From: Octopus sinensis
Taxonomy: Eukaryota
Length of the DNA: 64,000 bases
Direction: 5' to 3'
Assembly: GCF_006345805.1 (NCBI RefSeq)
Contig: NC_043007.1
Location: 69,316,001 to 69,380,000 of the forward strand
Shown: positions 1-13,161 of the stretch, in pieces
Position numbering within the stretch: the stretch's first letter is position 1
Layout of the letters: every line of letters begins with the position of its first letter
Position numbers and translations under genes: made by a program
The notes under the pieces: generated by a model
Database searches by the model: none
Told to the model about the DNA's origin: nothing
The model's input: only the letters and a program-made list of their open reading frames with translations

Positions 1-650
1 CGTCGTAAGCGACGGAGTGCTCCTATATTGACAGTACCATTTATATACCGTGGTAAACCTTACATGGTCTATCCAGTACTAGTTTATATACGGGGGTGCA
101 TTCAGTCATGATCTATGTAGTCAGTAGCAGACGTATCCTGAGAAAAATCCAAACTACTAAATTACTTTCCTTGGAAACCTCTGTCATCACAGTCGCTTTA
201 AATGTTGGTCCTCACTATCAGCAAAGATTTCTATTAAGAAAGCACATACTTAGCATCCCACATATTGGCGCGTCTCTCAGGAACCAGAAGATACTTCAAG
301 ACCTCATCGGCTGCTGACAATCTACAAGACTCAAATGAGCTTTGCAGCAAAGTACTTTTCCCATCTAGAACTATGCTGGTGCCACTATGCACACTGACAA
401 TCTGCTCCGTATCAAAAGAAGGATCACTCAACTAATTGGCATTTCATCCCTAACGGTGACCCTCCAGCTCACAGGTTGGTTTATGTCCCAGCATCCTAAC
501 AATTTGACAAAAGAAACCAATAGAATAAGAACCAGCCTTTAAACTAGATATTGGGAAGGATTTGTTCGTCTAAAATCCTTCAAGGCTATGCCTCAGTATG
601 GCCGCAGTCCAATGACTGGAACATGCAAAAGATAAAAGGAAAAATAAATA

Positions 651-727
<77 letters not shown>

Positions 728-849
728 TGTGGAATACATCTAATCAGGGCTTATTTTATACCTGGTACTCATGTTATCGGTACTTTTCTGAACCATTACA
801 TTATGGGGACGTAAACAAACTAACACCAGTTGGCAAAAAGTGGGAGTGC

Positions 850-880
<31 letters not shown>

Positions 881-1980
881 TGTGAGTGTGTATGTGTATG
901 TGTGTATGAATTATGAAAATTGTTATCCCTTTACGAGAAAATGATGTTAAAAATGTTACGAACATTTAATAGTTATATTTCGTAATTTCAGCGTGTAAAT
1001 AGTTCAAACCTAAAATATCAGTTTCCTGTTTAATCCTAAACTGATGAGATCCTTGTAAATTAAATAACTGAGTATACGGGAGTTATTCTATTGCTTACAT
1101 AGATGGGTGGTCCCGGGCAGTTCTGGTGTCGTGGTGGAAGGGACCGAAATACTCACAGAGCTGCTTCAATGTCTGATGAGACCTCGATTCTGCATTCGGA
1201 GACGGAATACAGAAGTACCCTCAGCACTCAAGTATTTATTGTAAAATGTTGTTAAACTATAGGAAGAGGTAGTCACAAAAATCTTAATAGAATAAATAGC
1301 CGAGTATTTCATTGTCGTTTGTTTCCTTAACGCAATAGTCAGAAGTGATTATAACATCCAAGGTAACTTGGCTTCGGGGGAAGCCTCTCCTCCATGGAGG
1401 CGAAAGTTAGAACACGAATTGTGATACAAAATGCAGCTGCAGATGAGCATCCCGGAGTCATGATCTGGATGCAACCTGGTCCTCAAAGTGTTAGGAGCAG
1501 AAACACTTGCATAAGGGACTGCTTCTCTGGGCACCTTTTACTGTTCAGTTTCCCCAAGAGTTTCTCATTACAATTTGTTTTTCATGCAGAAGGCGTCTTT
1601 GGGTATTTCCTCAGTCCACCTTTTAAGTATTGATAGTCACGGAAGCTATTGCATTCATTTTGCTAAAAAATATTTGACAAAATAAAATATATTTTAACAA
1701 AATACTTTTTTATAAGGTTTGTATATTATCCATAACTGGCTATAAAGAATCTGTTTCACATGTAAAGATTTTCTAATTTAGTGTTTGTAATTTTAGAAAT
1801 TCCTTAATGAATTGTATGACATTTTAACACGGCGCCAGAGCAAAATAGAATTTGTAGAAAACATACCTTTCATCAGGGTTACAAATTGCTCATCAGTAGG
1901 GTACACCAGGCACTGAAACAGAAAGTGCTGAATGTTATTACAAGTTAAACCTAACATATCAACAATTATACTTAACTCTG

Positions 1981-2367
1981 TGGAGGCGCAATGGCCCAGT
2001 GGTTAGGGCAGCGGACTCGCGGTCGTAGGGTCGCGGTTTCGATTCACAGACCGGGCGTTGTGAGTGTTTATTGAGCGAAAACAACTAAAAGCTCCACGAG
2101 GCTCCGGCAGGGGATGGTGGTGATCCCTGCTGTACTCTTTCACCACAACTTTCTCTCACTCTTACTTCCTGTTTCTGTTGTACCTGTATTTCAAGGGGCC
2201 GGCCTTGTCACTCTCTGTGTCACGCTGAATATCCCCGAGAATTGCGTTAAGGGTACGCGTGCCTGTGGAGTTCTCAGCCACTTACACGTTAATTTCACGA
2301 GCAGGCTGTTCCGTTGATTCGGATCAACCGGAACCCTCATCGTCGTAACCGACGGAGTGCTTCCAAA
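1981..2367 (+). mobile_element. tRNA-head SINE (family E), full length
   Basis: A-box-like TGGCCCAGTGGTTAGG and B-box-like GGTTTCGATTC at the 5' end; 13-bp TSD ATACTTAACTCTG at 1968-1980 and 2368-2380; second copy at 54248-54635 and a 3' end at 1-24. Confidence 0.9.
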
Positions 2368-2794
2368 ATACTTAACTCTGATTAACCCCAATAAAGAGGA
2401 AATATCCTGAGTCATTTCAAATACTTTCTGATTTAATAAGATTCTTTTTTGATTTTGGCACAATGCTAGTAATTTTGAGAGGAAGGAGAAGTCGATTACA
2501 TCGACCCCAGTTCTTGACAGCTACTATATTTTATCAACCCCGAAAGGCTAAAAGGCGAAGCTGAGCTTAGGGGCGTTGGAACTCAAAACTTACAGAGTAG
2601 GAAGAAAAACTGCAAAGGAAATTTGTCCTATGCGCTAACAATTCAGCCAGCTCGCCACCTTATACGATTCTTTCAAGGCCAGCAATTTTAGAAAGAGAGT
2701 GCTAGTTGATTACATCGACTCCAGTACAGGTTCTTAAATTTATTGACCTCGAAAGGATGAAAGATAAAGTTGACCTCGGCGGTATAGCACAACG

Positions 2795-3027
2795 AAAGGC
2801 GGTGAGCTGGCAGAAACGTTAGCACGCCGGGCGAAATGCTTAGCAGAATTTCGTCTGCCGTTACGTTCTGAGTTCAAATTCCGCCGAGGTCGACTTTGCC
2901 TTTCATCCTTTCGGGGTCGATAAATTAAGTACCAGTTACGCGCTGGTGTGGATATAATCGATTAATTCGTTTGTCTGTCCTTGTTTGTCCTCTCTGTGTT
3001 TTGCCCCTTGTGGGTAGTAAAGAAATA
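2795..3027 (+). mobile_element. SINE family A monomer with TSD
   Basis: Head GGCGGTGAGCTGGCAGAAACGTTAG, B-box-like GAGTTCAAATTC and tail AAAGAAATAGGTAT; 14-bp TSD GGTATAGCACAACG at 2781-2794 and 3028-3041; sits inside an older minus-strand copy of the same family. Confidence 0.9.
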
Positions 3028-3804
3028 GGTATAGCACAACGTAAACAACCGGAAGAAATACCACCGATAAGAATTTTGTACGATGCGCTAACGATTCGGC
3101 CAGCTCGCTGGATTTCCCCAAAGCATTTCTACTGTTAGGCCACCAGAATAGTTTTATTAATCGTTCTAATCCACTTAAACTTTTTTTATGCATTCCGAAG
3201 CAGATGTTTGTTTTTGCGAAGCCGTAGCATATTTCTCGACCATCAGTATAAGTTTCGATCGTTCCGGCCTTGACTGGTGCAATTTAAAATTAAATATGGC
3301 CGGAACTTCCATTGAAATATACCATTTGTCAGTGATAGTGGCTTCCATCTTCCTCCCTAGGATATGGAGATGCTTGCCTCTCAAAGATCACGTGCGATTT
3401 TGACAAGTTTGTGAGTTTTTTTCTTTTGTTAAACCTATAGAGTACTCATTCGCTAATCTCACTGGATAAACCCGAAAGAGGAGCGGGTTTAGTCACAGAC
3501 CATTCAATCAAGAGTGGCTACTATTGGAAAACATGGTCATCGATATTAGGTACAAGGCCTTAAATCTGGTGGATGCGTATAATCGATTCAATCGCCTACA
3601 GTGCTTGATTTGTAGAATCAAAGAAGAAAGAAAATGTTGATCTTAGAGGGACTTAAACTCATAACGCAAAGGGTCGTATTAACAAGTTGTTAATAATGAT
3701 AGCATCCTTCACAGGTGGAGAGAGTCAAAAAACTATATTAGTGTCACACAAAATAAACATCTTGATGTTAGAATGCATGAAGAAATTCTAAGAGGAATAA
3801 ATTA

Positions 3805-4006
<202 letters not shown>

Positions 4007-4019
4007 TGATAAAATGCCC

Positions 4020-4684
<665 letters not shown>

Positions 4685-4867
4685 CCTTTCCTCTAAAGGC
4701 ACAAGGCCTGAAATTTTGTGAGAAGGGATTAGTCGATTAGATCGACCCCAGCGTTTCACTGGTACTTACTTTATCGTCTCCGAGAGGATAAAAGATTAAT
4801 AATAATAATAACAACAACAACAACAACAACAATAATTATAATAATAATAATTATAATAATAATAATA

Positions 4868-4907
<40 letters not shown>

Positions 4908-4979
4908 TATTTGCATACATGTGCACGTGTATATACAAATAAAGAGAGGAACAGCAAGATGGCATCTCAATAACTCTCG

Positions 4980-5560
4980 TGGGAACCTCACGAACGACTC
5001 GAGAAATCATGATGCAACACAACAATGAAAGAATTAACGGCGAGAATGAAGTTATAACCGATCATGGTGAAGGTTCCCCGCTCGGCAAGTCCGAAACAGC
5101 CCACATCAGAGGCAGTGATCTGGCCTCAGACGGTCGTTACGGCGTAACAGATCAAATACATGGAGTGCACAAAAACAGATATAAGTAGACGAAGGAAGAG
5201 TACGATACACTCATTGACTGTCATGAAAGAACAAAGCTGGATAGAAGTCGCGGAGTAGGACGACGTACCTTGAAATTTTGGATGGAAAAGGACATGTGTC
5301 CAATGTCAGAAAATAAACTGAACCAAGTGAGAGTGGTTTGGAGGAAGAGTTACTTAACTGGAGTAGAAATATCTCGGATTAGTGAGAGTCTGAGAGACTC
5401 AGCGGATGGGCTACACAGGATGGTCGGAGTTGAAAACAGATAGGTAGGAGTTGAAAGCTGAGAGAAAGTAGACAGGAGGAACAGGGAAATGGTAATGGGG
5501 CTGTTAAGGATGAGGAACAGGAACGTTATACGGTGAACCCTGATACTGTGGTGGGTGAAC
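4980..5560 (-). mobile_element. Highly decayed LINE 3' remnant (CR1/L2 group, tentative)
   Basis: Minus-strand frameshifted peptides (PRYFYSS..PPNHSH; FSDIGHMSFSIQNFKVRR) loosely resemble the C-terminal region of CR1/L2-group ORF2; many stops. Confidence 0.3.
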
Positions 5561-5589
5561 AGCAGGGGAAATGACCCAACTAGATAATG

Positions 5590-7925
5590 AATTTCTTGAA
5601 ATTCAAAGACGACTCACCGACTTGAGGAATGCTTCATAAGAAAAAATCCCCATGAATATGAGAAGGGTAGATAGGAGTATGATAAATAAAGTAACACAAA
5701 AGATAGATATTGTCATACCGTACATCCAGACGGAGGATATAACACATCACAAATTTTCTGATACATAACATGTACTATTTGTAATTGCACTAATACCCAT
5801 AACAATGACACTTAAGAAAGTTAAGATGGGTTACCAATGTGGATGACCTGAAATTGTTTAGGAAATCTGAAAAGCAGAAAGATTCCTTAACTAAAACAGT
5901 CCAGAAGGGTGGTACGGACATCAGTATGGAATTTGGGATTAACAAATGCTCAGTACTTAATATGAAAAGAGGTAAGAAATTATCCTGCAGAGGATTTCGG
6001 TTACCATCAGGAGAGACCATGGGTGATATTTAGGGATTTTGGAGCTGGATGACATTCTACACAGAGAAATGAAATCCAACGTCAGCGATGCGGGCTGAAG
6101 ATGATTGAAATCCAACCTGAATGCCAAAAATCTGATTTCCGCAATGAATATCAGGGCACTTGCGGTGGTTAGATATAGTGCGTCCATTCTCAAATGGACT
6201 AAGGAGGAAATATCAACATTGGATAGAAGGACGAGAAAGTTGATGACGCTGCATGGGGCGCTACACCCTAAAGCAAACGTAAAAAAAAACGAATAGTGGA
6301 AGAGAACTAATTAGTAAAGACCATTGTATAAGGAGTGAACGGAGAACGCTTGCTGAGTATTTGATAAATAGTGATGAAGAACCGCTGCAATATGCCGCGA
6401 AAGATATGAGTGTAAAGGAAGATGAAATGATGAGCAAGAAAGAGTTTTACCAAAGAGCCGAGGAGAAACGAAAAGAAGACCTTGAAATGAGAATGCATGG
6501 GCAATTTGAAAGGAATACACAGGACGTTAAGGATAATACAGCATCGTGGACATGACTTGAGCGAGGTGATTTGAAGTGTACCACAGAAAACCTGATTATT
6601 GCTGCACAAGACCAGACTCTCGATATCAATTCAGTGAAGTATAACATATATAAAACATCTGACACCCCAAAATGCAGACTCTGCGGAAAGAATGTGGAGA
6701 ATGTGACCTACTTGGTAAGTGGATGTGAGATCCTTGCACAAAAAGAATACAAGCGCCGCCACGAGAAAATATGTGTATCTTCATTGGCTCTTATGCCATA
6801 AATACCAATATGAAGTAACGGTGAACTGATATGAGCATGTACCAAGTAAAGTTATACAGGAGAATGGAAAAGTAACGACACTCTGCGACTACGATTTTAA
6901 GCGGATCGTGTAATCGAACACCGTCGGCCGGATATTGTTATATTGAGTAAGAGAGACAAATACTGCCAGATCATTGATGTTGCCATACCAAATGACATGA
7001 ACGTTGTGAGTAAAGAGGTTGAAGCAAATCACCTAGTACTCCGAATTGAAAGTGGAAATGGCAAGATTGTTTGGAATGCGAGAAGGTAATGTAAAAGTGA
7101 TACACCCGTCCAGACATATGCATGTATGTGTGTGAGTGTGTGTGTGTATGTGTGTGTGTGTGTGTGTGCTCGCTGTAGTTTGTATTACACAGATACACTC
7201 ACGCACACACACACACACACGCGCGCGCGCGCACTCAAGCACACATGCATATATGTTTGTATAGAGAGCAACACTGCATAAACGCTACGTCAACACTGAC
7301 TGAGGATTAAACTTCAACTTTTCTACCGAGATCGTTTTTTAATTAAAGGTTTTGTTTTCAGAACGTACTAGTTGCACTATCCGAGCATGAAACTTGAAGT
7401 AGCTTACGTATAACTCCTGCGTTAATTAAATGACATTTATGTTTCAATAATTTGAGTAACTCATTTCGCTAATCCTGCAGACACTCTAACTGTTAAGCTT
7501 GTGTGTGCTTGCGTGTGTGTATGTGTATGTGTGCGTGCGCGCGTTTGTGTGTGTGTGTGTCTGTGTGTGTGTGTCTGTGTAATACAAACTACAGCGAGTC
7601 AGGAAAAGAGGCAGAAGTAAAGTAAACAGATAAACGCTGTTATCATGGAACACTATTAATTCTGCAAGCCAGTAAATGAAAATGGAGTGCCAGTAAGGGG
7701 CTATCGATAGTCCTGTGCGCTATAAGTACGAAGTCACAAACTGAATTCAAAAGACAGGAGCTAATGTGTAGAAAGAGTATCTACAGAAAATAGGGTTGTT
7801 TGGAAGTGCAGAAATCCTCAAAATTCTCGAGTTCTAAATGAAGAGTGTTACCTGAGTCCACTGGTTCTGGACAGCAGACATTGTTTTTACATCTCCCAGC
7901 GACATTGCTGTGTTAAACAAGAACA
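5590..7925 (+). mobile_element. R4/Dong-clade non-LTR retrotransposon (RLE endonuclease), 5'-truncated, frameshifted, interrupted at ~7102-7686
   Basis: Peptides MDDLKLF..MEFGINKCSVL (RT), KWTKEEISTLDRRTRKLMTLHGALHPK, MHGQF, AAQDQ, CRLC..ENVTYLVSGC (zinc knuckle), EHRRPDIVI..IIDVAIP (RLE PD..D motif) and YLQKIGLFGSAEIL; (AAC/AAT)n tail at ~7925-7965. Confidence 0.88.
7169..7598. mobile_element. Foldback/MITE-like element with perfect 25-bp terminal inverted repeats
   Basis: CTCGCTGTAGTTTGTATTACACAGA (7169-7193) is the exact reverse complement of 7574-7598; (CA)n and (TG)n tracts just inside extend the symmetry; no TSD seen. Confidence 0.65.
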
Positions 7926-8587
7926 ATAATAAAAACAACAACAACTACAATAACAATAATAATAGCTTCAAATTTGGGCACAAGTCCTGAAATTTTATTT
8001 GGGTGGGGTTTAGTTGATTACATCGACTCCTGTATTGAATGGGTACTTAAATTTATTGACTTTAAAAGGATGGAAAGCAAAAAGGGTTTCAATAGGATTT
8101 GAACTCAGAGCGTAAATAAGAAGTGGCAAAAACTAACAATTTTGAAGAGAGGAGAGAAGTCGATACTATCAATCCCAGTAATTGAGTGGTTCTTTATTTT
8201 ATCGACCCCCGAAAGGATGAAAGGCAAGTTTGACCTCGACGGGATTTGAACTCAGAATGTAAAAAGCCTGAAATGGTATAATGTCAGGAATTTTGAGGAG
8301 TTCTCTAGTACTTTAATGGTACTTTATTTTGTCGATCCAGAAAGGATGAAAGACAGGAATGCATTTTGTACAATGCGCTAATAATAGTTTCTGATAGAAC
8401 AACAATGTTGTGAGGGGCGGGAAATTGACATCATCGATCTCAGTATTTAGCAAGTATTTTAATTTATCTACAAAATATGCCATTGGCCACTGCAAGTAAC
8501 TTATCGCGGCTCATTTTCGCGAAATTTTCTAGGTTATAAATGTGTTGAAGTCTCCTCTTCATTTTCTGTATTTGTTTACCTTGTCAG

Positions 8588-8755
8588 CTGGAAATAAAAT
8601 GGGACATGATGTTCTGATAATGTATACTGAAGTAGAAACATGTACAAAGAGCTATCCCTTTATCTTCAGAAAATCAGAGAAATTTCCTTGGCGGCGTATC
8701 AGTTTTGGAGAAATTCTTTATCCTTACAGTTGTCCCCACATCTTATTTGGAGGAG
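8588..8755 (+). CDS. Candidate internal exon of an unidentified gene
   Basis: Pyrimidine-rich acceptor ttttctgtatttgtttaccttgtcAG, donor GAG|GTACCA; 168 nt, phase 1-1, open frame GNKMGHDVLIMYTEVETCTKSYPFIFRKSEKFPWRRISFGEILYPYSCPHILFGG; no recognisable homology. Confidence 0.3.
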
Positions 8756-9864
8756 GTACCAACTGCCACCAAGCAAGTATTCTACCTTCTCTAGGAGCAG
8801 AGATAATATAAATAAGATGAAAAATGTATCAAGTATTTATACGTATACACACACACAGACACACACCCCATGCACATATATATACACACATACATACACA
8901 CATATGTGTGTGTGAGTGTGTGTGTGTGTATTGTGTGAGTGTGCGTAAGGGTGTGTCTGTGTGTGATCTTCAGTCTAGTCGATGAAGGCGAGGCCCCATA
9001 ACATAGGCTATGTATGAAATACTTATAATAATTTCTACTATACGTATGCACATATGTTTCTTCATGAGAATAAAACTTTCATATAATAAATATACTATTC
9101 AATATTAATTCCTTTATTGGCCACAGGGGCCTAAACATAAAGATAACAAACAAGGACAAAGGGATTAAGTCGATTATATCGACCCCAATGCGTAACTGGT
9201 ACTTATTTAATCAACCCCGAAAGGATGAAAGGCAAAGTTAACATTGGTGGAATATACTATTCACTATTATATGAATAAAGCATTCATCTACAGAATATAC
9301 TATTCAATGCTCCGGAATTTATTTCTATTCACATTCGCAGTGTTTTATTAGCTGTAAAAAAAGAATCAGAACATTTTAAAATCGGCTCATAAAGCTGTTA
9401 GCTTTATAAAAATGTTATCTTATATAGGCATGCACACATATACATATATAAGCACTCATACTTGCTCAGACACACGCACACACACGTATTTATACAAGCA
9501 TACATATATCTGCCTGTGTCAGTAGGAGGATGTGTATATGCGTATAAAACATAATATTCAAATAAACTACATTTTTAAGCATTTGTTGTGGAGTTTTGAA
9601 CAGATGTCAAAGCATGTCATTTCATTCGTATATAGAAAAATAAAGGAGATTATCCCAACATATGTGACACGGTTCATTGACCAATTATCAATGCACAATC
9701 ATGCTCTCATTCATCAAACAAAGAAATTATATACTAAGCCGCTATTTAAATCAAGCACAAGCCAAAAGATTGTAATAGTGGCAAGTCTTATTTGCATGTA
9801 GAACACTTATTTAAAAACTGCGGAACTTTAAGTAGAAGGATGTGATTATGTCTTGTTATTGTCA

Positions 9865-10068
<204 letters not shown>

Positions 10069-10297
10069 CTACATAGGTCCAGGTTCAGTCACACTGTAAG
10101 TCACTTTGGGCAAGTGCCCTCAACTATACCCTTAGGCCAAACAAAGCCTGTGAAAGAAACCCATCGTGTGTATATATATATATATATATATATATTTGAT
10201 CTTTGACCTCTGGCCGAAATCAGATCGCCATGTTGATTCGTTAGTTACTGCACGCATTTTTTTCTCTCCTTCTTTCTGTGTTTTTTTCTCTCTGTGT

Positions 10298-10337
10298 GTC
10301 TTTCTGTTGAAGAGCGTAGGCTCGAAACGTTAAAGAC
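10298..10337 (+). ncRNA. Minimal type I hammerhead ribozyme motif (Penelope-like pLTR)
   Basis: Stem I GTCTTT/AAAGAC; core CTGTTGA plus extra A; stem II GAGC-gtag-GCTC; GAAA; palindromic helix III ACGT; cleavage triplet GUU. Core has U at position 6. Confidence 0.7.
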
Positions 10338-10433
10338 TTGTTTTATTTATATTTCCTGAGCGCCATACTAATACAATTGTTTGTTTGTTTTCCACCTGCC
10401 TTCGTCTTTTGTCTATATTCATAAAGCTTCCCG

Positions 10434-10489
<56 letters not shown>

Positions 10490-10565
10490 TTGTGTGTGGC
10501 CGCATGTGTATCGTTGGCGATTTTTTCCTCAGTCTTCACTTCTTTGGAGCTTTCCTTTTCCTATG

Positions 10566-10599
10566 TTTCTGACGAAGAATTTCCGCTCGAAACGTTAAA
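10566..10599 (+). ncRNA. Minimal hammerhead motif, partly decayed stem II
   Basis: TTT-CTGACGA-A-GAATTTCCGCTC-GAAA-CGT-T-AAA; canonical core, weak stems I and II. Confidence 0.55.
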
Positions 10600-10836
10600 T
10601 CCTCCTTCTTTCTTTCCTTTCCTGACCGTCCAATAACACGATACATGTTCCATGTCCTCGCGTTATTGTGTTTTGCGTTTTCATGTTTGGGTTAGCTATA
10701 TATTATATATAATCAGCCGAATTTGCGAGGATGATCCGGTTCTTGACTGAAGATTGAAGGCTTCGATGGCCCGTCCGTGTTTTTTGTATCGTCTTCTAAA
10801 TGTTTTGCGTTCTTGTCCCAGTTTGTATTTTTTTAC

Positions 10837-10874
<38 letters not shown>

Positions 10875-10952
10875 TGAGAATTTACAAAAAAGTCGAAGAC
10901 GAGTGTGTAAACAACAGACGGGTGTATTAGTTAACGCACATGAAGTGAGAAA

Positions 10953-10992
10953 GTCTTTTACGTTTCGAGCCTACGTTCTTCGACAGACAGGA
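10953..10992 (-). ncRNA. Minimal hammerhead motif, same family as 10298-10337
   Basis: Minus strand reads CTGTCGA-A-GAAC-gtag-GCTC-GAAA-CGT-A-AAAGAC; the flanking segment resembles 10340-10440 in inverted orientation. Confidence 0.6.
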
Positions 10993-11035
10993 ACACGGAA
11001 ATAAACAGAGAGAAAATAAAAAAAATGTTTAGTGG

Positions 11036-11119
<84 letters not shown>

Positions 11120-11163
11120 TCATCTATCTATATATCTATCTATCTATCTATCTAGATAGATAA

Positions 11164-11260
<97 letters not shown>
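11036..11260. repeat. (TATC)n immediately followed by (GATA)n
   Basis: Read directly; the symmetry centre is TCT|AGA at 11153/11154. Confidence 0.97.
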
Positions 11261-11510
11261 AACATACATAGATGTGTGAGTCTTTGTAAATTAAGGTTGT
11301 CTCCACCACTATTTGACAACCCGTATTGGAGTTTACGTCCACGTAATTTAGCAGTTCGGTAAACCTGACAATAGACTATTCACTGAAACCGATCCGTCTG
11401 AGAAAAATACGTCAAGGCAATGCCCCATTACGTCACAATTTTATTAGTAAAACAAGTAAAAGATGAAAAACAAAAGACAATATATATGTATACATACATA
11501 CATACATACA

Positions 11511-11546
<36 letters not shown>

Positions 11547-12302
11547 TTTATGTATGTATGTATGTATGCATGTACGCATGTACGCATGTATGTATGTATG
11601 CATGTATGTATGTATGTATGTATGTATGTATGTATGTATGTATGTATAGATTTATATATATATGTAAACAACACGCACACGCACACACATAGTTCAGAGA
11701 AGACGATAAGTTATTTCCCGTATGGAATACACTTATAGTGATCAAGGGGTTTAAATTTGAGTGGGTAGAGAATAAATGCAAGGATAAGCGAGTTGGGTAG
11801 GTCAATGTACAAGACATATTAAATACATGAAATACAAAAAAGAACGTAAATACACAAAAGGTTTGACTTACACTGAATAGAAATGATATCAAGATTTAAA
11901 AGGGTTGTGGACTCGGTGGTCTAAAAGAATACGTGTAGATTGATTCCGTCGTCAGATGAGACGAAACTCCGTCTTCAGGGAAGTGATCTTACATTTGAAG
12001 TGTTGACAGAAAGAAGTAGGAAGATATATGTATATATAGGAACGAAGCGTAGTGGTTTGGGCGTTGCACTCTCGTAAGTTCGAGGTGTCGAATTCTTGAT
12101 CGAGTGGTGCGTTTGCATGACGCTTCATTTCACATTGCTCTAGTTCACTCATCTGTATATGTGTAACTTAGTGACCAACTGGTGTCTCGTACAAGGGGTA
12201 TGCTGTGAACACACTCAATTAGGCGCCATGGAAACCAGGTTCTAGGATTCAAAAAGTACTTACTTGATATGTGTATGTGTGGCTCATGATCTCAACCCAA
12301 GG

Positions 12303-12374
<72 letters not shown>

Positions 12375-12376
<2 letters not shown>

Positions 12377-12985
12377 GTGAGAGAGAAGTGCATGCCATCA
12401 AATTGACACTAGGGTAAAATATACGAAGCCCAATATACTCATCGTGACTACCCGTCGGATAAGGATACACAAGGAACATGCATTACAACCACATGTGAGC
12501 GACATGGTGATCACATTAGAAGATAGGCAGCGCATGTCCTTGCAGGTGGGGGCCCATTAAAATTTTCATCAGGTCAAGTAGCCCATCCCGCTCAAAATAT
12601 CCCTGAATGCTGAACGAAACAGTCATGTTTCCAAAGATAGATTATTCAAACCTAAAAGACTTCCTCTCAACACAAGGTTATGATACTCCTCCACTACTTT
12701 TGCTCGTGATCAGAGATGCATATATCGTCAGCTACCAAGGGACATACTCAAATGGCTAAGGTCAAACATTTAACAAGCAAATTTGTTGCATTGATCAGAA
12801 TATTTGCAGCAGCCCGTCTTTTATACCAAGACAAAACAATGTACATGATAACACTTTCAATCAGTTAAGAGCAAAGCCATGCAAGCCACTGCCTGGTACT
12901 GCATCGAGGCATTTGAGCAGAATATTTGTTGTGGGCCATCTTTTATATCAAGACAAAACGTGTATACGATAACACTTCCAATCAG

Positions 12986-12990
<5 letters not shown>
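12375..12990 (-). mobile_element. Family D dispersed repeat, minus-strand copy
   Basis: Reverse-complement match to 4020-4570; flanked by (TTA)n tracts; the ~75-bp 5' segment occurs twice (~12795-12868 and ~12915-12986). Confidence 0.75.
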
Positions 12991-13036
<46 letters not shown>

Positions 13037-13075
13037 GTCATGATCATCATGATCATGATCATGATGATCATGATC

Positions 13076-13161
<86 letters not shown>

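Noticed and set aside
1330-1640. Minus-strand RNSWG and CS*HFED motifs suggesting a papain-like or THAP remnant
   Set aside because: Motifs are too short, interrupted by stops, and lack supporting residues.
1981-2055. tRNA gene calls at SINE heads (also 20092, 53516 and 54248)
   Set aside because: A and B boxes are present but there is no full cloverleaf, and they continue into SINE bodies; the 1981 and 54248 copies have TSDs.
10745-10780. CTGAAGA..TTCGA hammerhead-like string (also on the minus strand at ~38735-38772)
   Set aside because: No acceptable stem I or II and no intact GAAA.
11945-11985. CAGATGAGACGAAAC / CTGAAGA..CTGACGA strings
   Set aside because: Core pieces are not in a foldable hammerhead order on either strand.
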